Assembly (NCBI RefSeq): GCF_009834535.1
Contig: NC_045696.1
Span: 63,676,001 to 63,740,000, forward strand
Length of the DNA stretch: 64,000 nucleotides
Direction: 5' to 3'
Source of the DNA: Camelus ferus
Taxonomy: Eukaryota
Numbering within the stretch: the stretch's first letter is position 1; every line of letters begins with the position of its first letter. Under the pieces are notes generated by a model that was not told the origin of the DNA, searched no databases, and was given only the letters and a program-made list of their open reading frames with translations. The position numbers were made by a program, and so were the translations under genes. Below are positions 11,061 to 22,599 of this stretch, one piece after another.

Positions 11061-13084
11061 GCTTATGCACTCCAGGGCTCAGTTCCTTTAGCTTAAAGAT
11101 TTTTGGTTCCCTAGAGGATATTTTTTTTTTCTTAATTACTGCCAAAAACTATCTTTAGATTTGATGATTCCACATTCTGATGGCATAACTTCTACTAAAT
11201 CCTTTTCTTTTCCCTGGCTTGTTGTGGGATGACCTGACTTTTTAGGATTAGCTTAAAAAATAATAGCTTCTTCCTAGGTGAAAAGCTGCCTTTAGTTCCC
11301 TCTGTCTCTATTAAAAGCATCTTCACATTTTGAGGCAAACGGTGGTGACAGTGACTGCACTGAGACCCTCAACCACCCTTGGCACACACAGACCTGAGAG
11401 CTCCTGGACGTGTCTCTTCTAACCCTTATCACCTCACTAAACTTTAAGCTAAGTATATTCATGTAATTTCCATGAAAGATGCACAATGACCTCTTGATAT
11501 ATTTTCTGAAGGAAGGTGAGGGTGGGGGAATAAGTCTGTAATCACTTGCTCATTTAGTTTTTCAGTTCCAGATCCAGGGGTGTGGGGGAAAAACTGTAAA
11601 ATCTCAGGAAACATACACCACCAAGAGGGTGGAGGGAGGAGTTTTGTGCAAGAGCTTGTAATATCATGACTGACTAACCAAGGAATGTTCCAGCATAACA
11701 TTTTTATGAAAAAGGCTGAAGGGGGTAAGGTGGGTGGGAGTCGGTCCTAGGATCCAGACTGCTCCTGTCTGGCTGGTCTTCTCTGCCTTCCGCAGAGCCA
11801 GCTGGGAACCATTGTTCCTCACGTGGATGTGTTTCCCGTGCAGCCTCCTGGTAGAGCTCCCTGTGCCCTGACGAAGGCACTGGTCTCCCCACAGAACAGC
11901 AGGATTCACCTTCCTTCTCTATAGCCACCTGCTTTCTGGGATTCTGAGCCTGGGGCCAGGCCTGGGGGCTTTGAGGGACCCCCTTCCCCCGCCACTACCA
12001 TGAAGCCGGGCCTCAGAGGGCAGGGTGTCAGGTTTTGAACACACCTTCCGTTGCCTCCACCTACCACACACTGTGTCCTCAACAGAGCCTCCATCCACGT
12101 GCCAGTCCAAAGAGGGGGGTCCTCTGCGTACCCCCTCAGGTGCTGAGGCCCACAGAGGTGGGGCTGGGAGGCTGGCTGCCTGAGGTCACTGAGCAGCTTG
12201 AAGTCATCTCACCCAGGAGCGTTTACGTGCAGTTTCTGTTTGACTGCAGCGAAGTTCTCATGACAAATATTTATTGAGGCCTCCAAAAAGCCCTGTGCTC
12301 GAACATTCCACCCCATAAAGAGCAGAAAGAAACATGGTTCTGTCCCAAGGCAACTGAGGGCCTCCAGCCATGGGTTCCTTCTCTGCTAGGAGACTGGAGG
12401 TATGCTTACCAGAGGCCTGAGACTCCCTTGACAAGGTAGCAGGGAGAGGGGTGGGGTGGTGAAGGCCAGCCTGAGGATATTGTAAAGCAGGTGACCTCTC
12501 TTGCCCTGCCCCTAGACCAGCTTTTCCAGGGCACAGAATTCTCGGTGGTGTCTGTTTGCTGGGCCCAGGCCTTTCCTTCCAGCTAACCTACAATGGACTG
12601 TCATGCGACAGTGGGTGAACACTAGCTCTGCCCTACTTGCTGGCTTCATTTCTCTTAAACCAAGACCAAACTCTGGGTGCTCTTGACTGCTTATTTCTTC
12701 TGCTTTGCACACTCCCTGCTGATCTGAATTTTGATCAAATACCTTCCATTCTCTCCCTGCCAGCCCCTACCCCCACTCCACTCCCCCAACAGAACCCACC
12801 CCTAGGCCTATAGCCCTCCCCACTCAGATACTCTGCCTCCCTCTCCTTCGGGCACCACTTGGCCCCCCCTATAGCCCAGCCAACTGTCTTCTCCAGAAAC
12901 CCACCCTTACAGTGACCAGATTGGTTGGTGCTTCCCCAGGTCTGGCCAGCCCCAGCCTGGGGATGCTCTGGCCATGGCCCCAGGGGTTCAGGATACCATC
13001 ATGGTATCATTTAATCATTGCAACAGTCTTCTCACTGGTCTGGCCCTCTGGGCTCCATCAGCAATACAAAAAGGGTTGATGACT

Positions 13085-13390
13085 AGGATTGTGTAGCCTG
13101 GAGAAGGGCACATTTTTGTGGATAGATGAGAGTCACTAGATAGCTGGAGTGCTTCTGGGTAGCTGAGAGGTTGAACTTGTTCTCCAGGACCCCAGTGAGT
13201 GGGGGTAGCCAGAACTGAGAGTAGCAGGTGTCCGGAGGCTGAGTTGACCTCACGGTAGGAAAACTTCCTAGTAGAGCTCTCAAAAAATAGAGGGGGCTTC
13301 CTGGTACCTCAGCAAGTAGTAAGTGTATCCAACAGGCTCCATGGACCACCATCAACCACTGGAGAGATTGGAAGAGTTTTAAGGGCACTT
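13085..13390 (+). mobile_element. L3/CR1 LINE 3' fragment
   Basis: TAGCCTGGAGAAG...GAACTTGTTCTCCAGGACCCCAG...AGGAAAACTTCCTAGTAGAGCT follows the CR1 3' region. Confidence 0.65.
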
Positions 13391-13392
13391 CC

Positions 13393-13867
13393 TGATTCAG
13401 TTCCCTATTGCTGTACAATAAAACATCCCAAACTTAGTGGCTTAAACAATAATGATTTATGATTTCTCATGATTCTCTTGGTTGGCTGAGCTCAGCTGGG
13501 CAGTCCTTCTGCCACTCTTGCCCTGACTCACCCATGTGACTGCAGTCCTTTGACAGCTTGGCTGGAATTGGAGGATCTAAGATGGCTCACTTCGCATGGC
13601 GCGCGCCTCCGTGCTGGATGTCAGTTGGGCCTCCTTGCTCTGTGTCTCTTATCATTCAATAGTCTCATCAAGGTTTCCTTCTGTGGTGTTGGGAGTGTTC
13701 CTGAGAATGGGAGCAGATGCAAATCTAGGCTGTAGAGTACAGACAATACTGCTTCTGCCACATCCTTTTTACCCAAAACAAGACCAGGTTTAAGAGATGG
13801 GAAAATAGACTCCATCATTTGATAGGAGGAGCTGCAAAGTACTTGTGACCATGTTTAATCCACCACA
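13393..13867 (-). mobile_element. MaLR solo LTR (MLT1G/H-like)
   Basis: Begins with antisense MLT1 3' end CTATTGCTGTACAATAAAACATCCCAAACTTAGTGGCTTAAACAA; ends AATCCACCACA. Confidence 0.8.
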
Positions 13868-14189
13868 CTTGCAAAATGGCCCCTGATTCTTCTGATTACC
13901 TTAAGATTCCATTAGCCCCTGCTAAGGGCCACATGGTACATTTCTATACTGGTGAAGAAGGGCTTTATGTGGACACTGGGTGCCTACTAAATATCCATTC
14001 CCCCCACTTCTTTTTTGGGGTGCTTATTCCATCACCACACAGTCTCATGCTATAGTGGAAACTGGCTTCATGCCCATTTTATTAGTAAGGCTGATAAGTC
14101 TAATGGATCATTAACTGGCCCAGGAATGCAGGGCACCAATAATCTTACGGCATTATCCTGCTCAGAGATTAGTCAAGAAGAGGCATGTA

Positions 14190-14653
14190 CAGGCAATCCT
14201 CAGAGATATTGCAGGTTTGGTTCCAGATCACTGCAATAAAGTGAATATTGCAGTAAAGCAACTCACGCACATTTTTGATTTCTCAATCCATATAAAAGTC
14301 AAGTTTACATGATACTAGGTCTAAAAAAACACTGTACCTACTTTAATTTTAAAATACCTTACTTATAAGAAATGCTCACCATCACCTGACAGTGCAGGGT
14401 TGCCACAAAATCTTCAGTTTGTAAAGAAGAAGAAGAAGAAGAAGAAGGAGAAGAAGGAGAAGAAGGAGAAGAAGGAGAAGGAGAAGGAGAAGGAGAAGGA
14501 GAAGGAGAAGAAGAAGAAGAAGAAGAAGAAGAAGAAGAAGAAGAAGAAGAAGAAGAAGAAGAAGAAGAAGAAGAAGAAGAAGAAGAAGAAGAAGAAGACG
14601 ACCAGTATCTGCGATGTGCAATAAAGCAAAGTGTAATAGACAAGATCTACCTG
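14190..14653 (+). mobile_element. Internally deleted Tigger1 (TcMar) element
   Basis: TA|CAGGCAATCCTCAGAGATATTGCAGGTTTGGTTCCAGATCACTGCAATAAAG ... GCAATAAAGCAAAGTGTAATAGACAAGATCTACCTG|TA; TA TSDs at 14188-9 and 14654-5. Confidence 0.9.
14424..14598 (+). repeat. Compound purine microsatellite (GAA)7(GGAGAAGAA)3(GGAGAA)5GGA(GAA)~30
   Basis: Directly visible; about 175 bp containing only A and G. Confidence 0.97.
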
Positions 14654-15149
14654 TAATTGAGTGCAGGCCAATGAGACACGTAAGAGGAAGTTTTCTAGAA
14701 ACTTCTGGGAAGGGAGTTTCCTCATTTTTAAAAAAGAGCTACTGGAAAGGATAATTTCTCTTCTGTTGTATGCAGAACTGAGGCCTGAAACTGATGTCGT
14801 CTTGGCACCAAACTAAGGATGAAGCTCTCATAGAAAGGAGGGCAAAGACCAGGGAACCACACAGAAGGGGAGTGGGATCCCTGGTCCCTCCAGCCTCATC
14901 CCTGACCTCCACCTCCGGGCCTGTATCAGATCCATGAGCCAAGAGCTCCTCTTTATTAGTTAAGCCAGTTTGAATGGGGGTTTCTGTTCCTTGCAGTTAG
15001 AAGTATCCTAAGTGACTCAGAGCCTGAAATTGTGAGATGATCAAACTGGCCACTCCATTTGTAGGTTACAAATCAGATATTGGCTTTTAAAGAGAATAAT
15101 AGCTAATGCATTTTTTGGTCTTGCTTTCCTAGAGAGTTGGTGAAATAGA

Positions 15150-15300
15150 AGATTCATTATGTCAGAATGAAATGGACAGTACCCTTGGGCATCATGTATT
15201 CAGCCACCTCACTCAACAGATAAGGAAACTGAGACTCGAAACACTTCAGTAGAAACAGGCTTCAGATGTTAGCATGGCCAGCATGCTCTCCACTGTACCC
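15150..15300 (-). mobile_element. MIR fragment
   Basis: ACAGATAAGGAAACTGAGACTC core. Confidence 0.6.
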
Positions 15301-15426
15301 AAAACGGTGCAGTCATGCACACACACCCTGAAGCATGGGGACTGCCGTGATAAGCAGGCTCTAAATGTGAACTTCTGAACAGCCACCTTGGAAATCTGTT
15401 TGGCAGTTATTAAAAAATTAAGCATC

Positions 15427-15612
15427 CTACTATATATTAAATAGAAAAACAACAAGATCCTAGTGTTTAGCACAGAGAATTACATTCAGTGTCTTATAAT
15501 AACCTATAATGAAAAAGAATATATGTACATATAACTGATTCACTTTGCTGTACACCAGAAGCTAACACATTGCAAATGAACTATGCTTCAATTAAAAAAA
15601 AATACAAAATTA
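15427..15612 (+). mobile_element. Young 5'-truncated L1 3'UTR with TSD
   Basis: L1 3'UTR (...CACTTTGCTGTACACCAGAA...AACTATGCTTCAATTAAAA); TSD AAAAAATTAAGCATC 15412-26 / AAAAAATTAAACATC 15613-27. Confidence 0.88.
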
Positions 15613-16105
15613 AAAAAATTAAACATCTATTTACCTAATGGCCCACCAATTCCACTCCTAGGCATTTCCTCTAGAAGAATGAATTCATATGTGACTTCTA
15701 GAGGAATGTTCATGGCAGTTTTTATTCATCACAGCTAAAAACTGGATACATCTCGAATGTCTAACAGGTAAATGGATGAACAACAAACTATGGTGTTTGT
15801 GGTATATCCATTCAATAAAATACTACTCAGAGAGAAAGAAAAAAAGGAATAAACTACAGATGCATGCAACAACATGCAGAGATTTCAAAAACATACTGAG
15901 TCAAGGGAGCCAGACCCAACAGGGGACACGTGCTAGGATTCCATTTGTATGGAGTTCTAGAATAGCAACACCCATCTCTGGTGACAGAAATCAGACCAGT
16001 GGTTGGTGGCTTCGTGTCATGTGTTTGTATACACATGGGGATTGACTAGGAAGGGGCGCGAGGGACATTTCTGGGGGGATAAAAATGTTCTTTGACTGAT
16101 GTGTC

Positions 16106-16269
16106 TTTTTTTTAAATTTTCTTTTAGTTTTTTCCTGAGGAAGGAGGTAACTAGGTCTATTTACGTATTTATTATTACTACTGTTTATTTAATGGAGGTA
16201 CGGGGGATTGAACCCACGACCTCATGCATACTAAGCATGCACTCTACCACCGAGCTACACCCTCCTTCT
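16106..16269 (-). mobile_element. tRNA-Ala-derived SINE (vic-1 type), long-tail form
   Basis: GGGGATTGAACCCACGACCTCATGCATACTAAGCATGCACTCTACCACCGAGCTACACCC; T-rich tail; flanking TGTGTCTT repeat. Confidence 0.9.
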
Positions 16270-18084
16270 CTAATCAGTGTGTCTTGATCAGTGTATGGGG
16301 CACGTGAGTGTATTCATTTCTCAAATCTGATCAAGCACTTAAGATCTGAGTATTTTCCTGTGTGTAACATTTTTTAAAATGTATTTCTAGCCACAGACAG
16401 GAAGGTAAAATATCAGCACTCTATCTGGCTAAGAAGAGAGGGTGTGCGCCAAGGAGGACTGTGAGGCTGCTGGAATGAGTTTGCAGTGGTGTCTCCTGGA
16501 ATCCAGAGCCTGGGAAAGAGCTGTCTGTTCCTGCTGTGCTGATGGCTGGGCCAGCCAGCTTCCTGTGGAGGCTGCCAGCCCCTCGCTGTCAGGCTGGGCC
16601 CAACCACAGCTGCTGAAATAGCAGGTTGGGAGGGCCGTTTCCTCTCAGCCTTGCAGCCACATCACAGGGACCAGCCAGACCCCCTGGCCTGCTTCCCTTA
16701 CCGCTGACTGCGCCCAGCAAAGGACCTTCCCTTTCCTCACTCTCACCCTTCTGGAGCCTTCCTGGGCCCAGGCTGCACTTGCCACTGTTCAAGCTTCACG
16801 GGTGAGAAACCCTGGCTCTCTGACATTCCAGGACTGCTGCACTGGGCCGTTACAGCAATCCTGTCTTTAACTTTTTTTCTTTTAACTGCCATTTGTGTTT
16901 TCTTACATATTTCCTGCCAGATTGTCAAATCAGGGGCTCTCCAGATGCCAACATCTGGTATTAAATTGCAAGTCTGGATAATCTTCTCAAGCCATGTTTT
17001 CTAAAAGCCAGGGAACTTCTTTTGTTCACATTATTCATCTGTTCAAATTGAATCATGTTATCCCATTGATTTCTCTACTGAAATAGATCTTTCAAGAGGT
17101 CAAGGCTATCCTGTTTAAGATCAGTCTAATGCTGGCATCAGGCCACAGGTTGCTTGGAGAATATGTGATCTGTTTTGCTTTTGTTCTCTTTTACTTTTCT
17201 ATTTTTAAAAATTAATAAGTCACAAGTACATCCTTCACTGAATAAGCATTGAATGAATTCAGCTTTTCCCTTATTCTGAGGTTTATATTTTCAATGTAAA
17301 ATGAAATCCCTAAGATGCCAGACATATGGTACCCAGACCAAGTCTGCTTGCCTGAATCTGGGGCTAGAGGTGGTTTTACAATGTTTTAGCCGCATGCAGC
17401 ACGTGTTCCCCAGCTGGAGACGTGTGCCCAGGGTGGGGTGGACCCTCAGCCTCAAGTTTGCTTCCTTTTACATCTCCTATAATTGTAGACACCTCCATTT
17501 CTCTCCTGTAGATTCGGGAAACAGGGTTGCCCAGGCCCACACCTGGTCTGGGTGTAAGGGTAAGCCCCAACCCGAGAGACAGAGACACTGTCCGGGTCCT
17601 AGCGCTGTCACTCATTGGAAGGGCGATTCCTCTTCTTACGCCTTCGGCCAACTTGGGCTTTGGAAGGGATCAGCTGATTTCAGCCTCAGTGCCTTTTATG
17701 GGCCAGCTGAGGCGGGGCAGGGTGTTGGTGGGGAAATGGAAGAAACGTCCTAGGGAGTGGGCTCCTGGCCGCCTCCTGCTTCTACTGCAGTCAGAACAAG
17801 CTCTCTGGGCTCTGTCTCAGGTCTTGGACTTCCTTGTAAACTTGGGCAAAACAACAATAGTAACAAAACAATCTCTTTGGGGGCCATGTCTAGTATTGAA
17901 TGACCCACAAGGCTGATATGTGAGGATTCATTGATCCTTCTTGGAGCTGAGCCATGGCGGGTAACCTGCCTGATGTCAGAGCCCCTTAGGAGGGGCTCCT
18001 GTCACCACCATGCAGGAGACCGGACGGCAGGGAGGAATCATGTGAGCTGTGCTGATTCAGTGTGTATACTCTCTGGTAAGTGTC

Positions 18085-18162
18085 CATCCCTCCCTCCCTC
18101 CCTCCCTTCCTCCTTCCTTCCTTCGCATCTTCCTTCTTTCCTTCCTTCCTTCCCTTCTTCTC
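18085..18162. repeat. (CCTT)n/(CCCT)n low-complexity repeat
   Basis: Directly visible. Confidence 0.9.
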
Positions 18163-18519
18163 TCTGAGCACCTCCTGGTGTTTGGCCTGCCTGCTCCAGA
18201 CCTCTCAGTGGCAATTCACTCCTTTCACACCTTGAGCTGTTTCAAAGTGAGCCTGGAGGTTGAGGGTGCCCAGCCCCCGTCTACACACAGTTTCAGTGTG
18301 CAGAATCCTGCCTGGATTCTCCCACGAGCCCACCTGGGCCCATCTGTGGCTTCGTCAACCTACGAGGAGCCAGATTCGACTGCCCACTGGAGGGTTTTCA
18401 AGCCTCCGTGGCTGCCAGCTGTTCCCAAACTGCCTTCTGCCAGGCGTGCGAAGCGCTGAATCAGCAAAGACTGGGGGCCTGTAGAAGAAACTGGAGAAAC
18501 GTGATTTTAAAAACACAGC

Positions 18520-18810
18520 ACAGCCCCGCCACCAAACGAATGTTGAACAAAAGGTTAATTCCACGGATAAACAGCTCTCGGTGGTGCTTGACTGAGCAGC
18601 TGGTTCCCATTTCGTTATGCCACTCTGCCAGATGTTCCCCTCCATTAATACATTCTGCTCAAGCCAAGATGAAACGCAACACTGGAAGGCTGCAGGCACT
18701 GCGGGCAGCGCGGCGCGGCAACACGCGGAAACAGAGAAGTCTCTGCGTGTCCTGTGTGGGGCCGCTCTTTCCAGAGGAGCCGCCACGACTGGGGCCCCCG
18801 TGTCAGCTGT
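18520..18810. promoter_or_regulatory. Candidate enhancer, CpG-retaining unique sequence
   Basis: AACAAAAGG, TTAATT, E-boxes CAGCTG and CAGATG, CATTAAT and a GCGCGGCGCGG patch; no repeat recognised. Confidence 0.3.
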
Positions 18811-19349
18811 TTGTGCCTCGTGAGATGGTGACTGGCCCAGGATGTCTTTCAACAAAAATGTCAGAAGAGGGAGAGTCGCCTGATTTCCCAACCCTGATGT
18901 CCACTGACATAACCTGAGAGGTGGATGTGGACGGCATTCTCTGAGCTTCCTCCGCTTGGGGGTTCCCGACTCTGCCTCCCATGGTGTCTATCTTTCTTTG
19001 CACACAAAGTACATCAATTCCTCGATCAATCAGAACCTCCCATGTATCAGGCACTGATTGAATCCTATTTGAGTTAGTGACACGGCCTCCTGTGTTCCCT
19101 TAGGGCAAGACCACGACGGACTCATCTTTGTGGGTTCTATAAGTGATTAATTATACGTTCCTGTGATGAGTCATAGGCAGAGCATACTGTTTTAGTTTCC
19201 TGGCTGTCTGTCCCAGAGACACCAGCTCCTGTCTGGTCCTATTTGAACACTGGTGGGTGAGGATGTGGGCCTGGACGCTCTGCACTCCGCAGGCAGACAG
19301 AACAAAGCCGCTGCTCTAGAGGTGTTCTCCATCATGTTGAAAACTGTGT

Positions 19350-19760
19350 CCAATCTCATTGTCGGAAGCAGCAGGTAGCTGTGAAAGGCGGCGCAGGCCC
19401 CCATTGTGACCGCCTTGGCTGCAGGTGAAAGGTCACTTCGCAGGCAGGACTCTGACCCTTAACTTTTTTGTTGCGAGTGTCACAAGGTAAATTAATCAGA
19501 TTTGTGGCATTAAGCTCTGCCAATATCTTTATCCTCTCAGCTTTTTCTTCAGCAAAACTCTCTCTCCGAGGGGAAAAATACTTTTTTTCTGAGGAAGTGG
19601 GAAAAGTGCTTTTTGTTTCTCTTTCACAGTTTTCCCTAAAAAGTGAAAATGGTTGGACACAGATGGATAAGGCCCAGCGATCAGCGCAGCCCTTCCTCCC
19701 TGGGCTAGCTGAATGAGACTTCTCGTAAGTGAAGGTGAATGTTCCCGGCACTTAATCAAA
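19350..19760. promoter_or_regulatory. Candidate enhancer (SOX/ETS/E-box/NBRE/homeodomain cluster)
   Basis: CATTGT 19357 abutting CGGAAG; CATTGT 19402; CAGGTG-AAAGGTCA 19422-35; TAAATTAATCA 19488. Confidence 0.4.
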
Positions 19761-20454
19761 TGCCCGGAGCCTGGGGACAATGAGGAGGGCAGGTTTTGCT
19801 GGTGGTGATAGATTTCTTGATTCTGGACGGAGCCCACTTCTTTGACCAGAGCAACCCAAGAAAACTCCAGTCAGGGAGACATTATCATTCTGGACATGGG
19901 GCTATGTCTGATCTGGGCCCGGCCCAGGGCAGTCCTGGTACCAGAGCAGTATTTTGGAGGGGCAGGGAGGTGGGAAGCGAGGGAGCAGAGAATCGCATAG
20001 CCCCCAAGTCAGAGGCTGGAAGCTGCCTCCCAGCAGGAGTGGGAGGGAGTCTGCTGATGGGGCAGGTGCTTTTTAGGCAGCCTAACAGGACAGCACCGAT
20101 TTCCTGCTGCTAGAAATTTGTCTGCAAATTTTTTTCTCATTCAGGAGTGACGGGATCCAAGAGACATTGGCTAGATATGATAACTTGATTAAGTCTTCCA
20201 CAGGAGACCCAGATGCCTGGGAACTGGCTGGAAGAGCATGTTCTCCCCTCTAAACTTTCACCAGGAGAGAACTGATGTGTTGCAGCTGGTAGATTTCATC
20301 CCCCTAAGCTTGAAAGGGTCAATGTTTTAGACTCAGAGCCCTCGAAAAGCTACAGTTGTGTTTTTGGTACAACTTCTTTGCAGAAAAAGAAAAGTCAAGT
20401 GACAAAGGATTTTTTCCCAACATTAATTTGCAACAGAAAATAAGGATTGGGTCA

Positions 20455-20860
20455 CATTGAGTTGACAAGTGTTTCCTGAACACCTACAATGTGCTAAGCT
20501 CTGTTTTTGACACTGGAGATATAGCAGTGACTGCTTCAAGCAAAGTCTCTACTTTCATGAAGCTTACAGCCTAATTGGCAGAGACTGACAGTAAACAACT
20601 ATATGAGTTTCCCATATGTCAGGGGGTTAAAATGCTATAAAGAACAATCCAACAGGGTCAGAGGATGCTGCGGTAGGGGTGATACTTTGGATAGACTGAG
20701 TGGATAGGAACATCCTCTCTGAAAAGATGGCACGAGCCTAGTGACCTGAATGAAGGGAGAGCACAGCCATATTGATAACTGGGGCAGGGCCTTCCTGCAA
20801 GTGGACTTAGCAGGTACGAGGCCCCGGGGTGGGCGTATGCTCAATGTGTTCAGGGAATAT
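20455..20860 (-). mobile_element. L2a 3' region
   Basis: TGAACACCTACAATGTGCTAAGC...CACTGGAGATATAGCAGTGA...CATGAAGCTTACAGCCTA. Confidence 0.8.
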
Positions 20861-20919
20861 TCTTTTACAATCATGTTTCACTCAGGAACGCAAAAACAAA
20901 CCCATTTAATGATTATAAT

Positions 20920-21230
20920 AATAGTAACAACAGTAATAATAGTAAGACTTTTGTGGCCATGCCATTTTGAGGATTAAATTATTAAGTAGTGCTCATTACA
21001 CATCACACAGCGTCTTTTCATAGTAAGAATTTAATAAATGTTAACTGCTTTTATAGTTATAATTATTGTTTACTAAGCATTTGGTAGTTATAATAATCCT
21101 ATAAGGTAGGTGGGCAAAGACTATTAACACCATCTTGTAAATGAAGGATCTGAAGTCCACAGAAGGGAAATGATTTGCCCAAGGTCACCCTTGTGGGTTA
21201 GTGGCAGACAGAAGCAGCCTGAGTCCCTAA
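20920..21230. mobile_element. Two MIR fragments in opposite orientation
   Basis: GAGGATTAAAT...AATAAATGTTAACT (+) followed by AATCCTATAAGGTAGG...GATTTGCCCAAGGTCAC (-). Confidence 0.6.
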
Positions 21231-21254
21231 TGCAGAGAGTCACCCAGGAAAGCT

Positions 21255-21365
21255 GATCTGTACTGGACTTCACCTGAGCAGAAAGTAAACTTTTATTGTA
21301 TTAAGCCATTGAGATTTGGGGCTTATTTGTTACAGTGGCTAACATTACTTAACCTGACTAATACA
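21255..21365 (+). mobile_element. MLT1 LTR 3' fragment
   Basis: TTAAGCCATTGAGATTTGGGGCTTATTTGTTACAG...CCTGACTAATACA. Confidence 0.7.
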
Positions 21366-21699
21366 ATGGCTGTAAGGAGGGCAGGGGGACCAAGACCAAG
21401 ACCCTCAAATAGCAAGCTCATGACTTTTGGAGGAAAAACTGTGGTACCCACAGAGAAGGCAGTAGAAGAAGTGAAGCCTTGCTTCTTGGGTTTTGTTTAG
21501 ACTTTATTCTTCACAGGTTATTCTGATTTTTCATCATTCTTAAGCTGCATCATTTGTAATGGAAGACCTTACATGCTGCTGAGTCTTATTGTTTTGAAAA
21601 CAGAAGGAAACTATTCAGGGATAGGTGGAGCAGGGAGTAACAGGGACTAGAGGAAAGATGAAGTGAAGAATAAATAAATATAGCTTTATCATATATGGT

Positions 21700-22110
21700 G
21701 TACTTCATGTATGATCCTTCATCTCACCTCCAGAATTTTCACTGGTCTCCATGGTCTCTGCTCAATCCCAGTCCCTGCCCCTCAGTTATACTGGACCCCA
21801 AACACGCCTCTATTTTCCCAGCATCACTTTGCTCTTACCAGTCCCTCTGCCCAGAATGCGTTCATCTACTTCTCCAGCAAATCCTTATGTATCTTTCAAA
21901 GCCAGTTTGAATGTCACCTCCTCCAGGAAGCCTTCCCTATTCCTTAGTCATAATCCAGCATTTCTTGCCCTGCACTCCCACAGACGATCCCTGTTGACTA
22001 GTGGCCATGTTTTGCCTTTTGCTCCACATGTAGGTGTACACACCTAGCTCCTGTGTGGGACGGCATGCTTCCCGAGGGCTGGCCTACGACCTCATTGCTT
22101 CCCAAACAGG
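21700..22110 (+). mobile_element. L2 fragment
   Basis: CCCTCTGCCCAGAATGC...AATGTCACCTCCTCCAGGAAGCCTTCCCT. Confidence 0.7.
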
Positions 22111-22599
22111 TCAGAGGCAGGATTCTATTTGGAAAGAGATGAAATAAGATGATACTTTCCAGTTTTTTGAAAAGATCATTCTAAACGGCTGGGCAAGCAT
22201 TCTGAGAAAACTGTCTTTGCCACTTGTTGGTATCACCTCTTCCCGGCATTGACCCCCTCCCACACACACATCTCCCACCGGGCCCCTCCGTTCTACAGGC
22301 AGACGGAGCGTGATGGTGTATTTTGCTGTTGCCTTTCTGTTGAAGTTCAAACTCCTCTTCTCCTCTCACCCCCATCAATTATTGAATGCTTAAAAAAAAA
22401 ACCTACCCCAGCAGATGTGTGTGAGCTGTTTGATCTTGAGACTGAATAGGAACGAAAGTATTCGAGACTCAGATTATGGGGCAGGAGAGAAAAAAAAATC
22501 TGAACAGGAGCTCTGTGAAGGAGAGAGTTTAGCTTTGATCTTACTATTGAATTTTGCTAGTGGGGGTGTGTGTTTCTATCTATTTCTATTTATCTCTTT

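Larger units (their letters stand above)
13968..15019 (+). mobile_element. ERV-L solo LTR (LTR16-like), interrupted by Tigger1 derivative
   Basis: TGTGGACACTGGGTGCC...CATTCCCCC start; GGCCAATGAGAC resumes after the insert; ends TTAAGCCAGTTTGAATGGGGGTTTCTGTTCCTTGCAG...CCTAAGTGACTCA. Confidence 0.7.
15380..16380 (+). mobile_element. Old L1M (L1MC/ME-like) 3' region hosting two younger insertions
   Basis: CAGCCACCTTGGAAATCTGTTTGGCAGT...CAATTCCACTCCTAGGCATTT...GATTCCATTTGTATGGAGTTCTAGAATAG. Confidence 0.8.

Noticed and set aside
14359..14725. Poly-S, poly-L, poly-K and poly-F ORFs
   Set aside because: Translations of the GAA microsatellite
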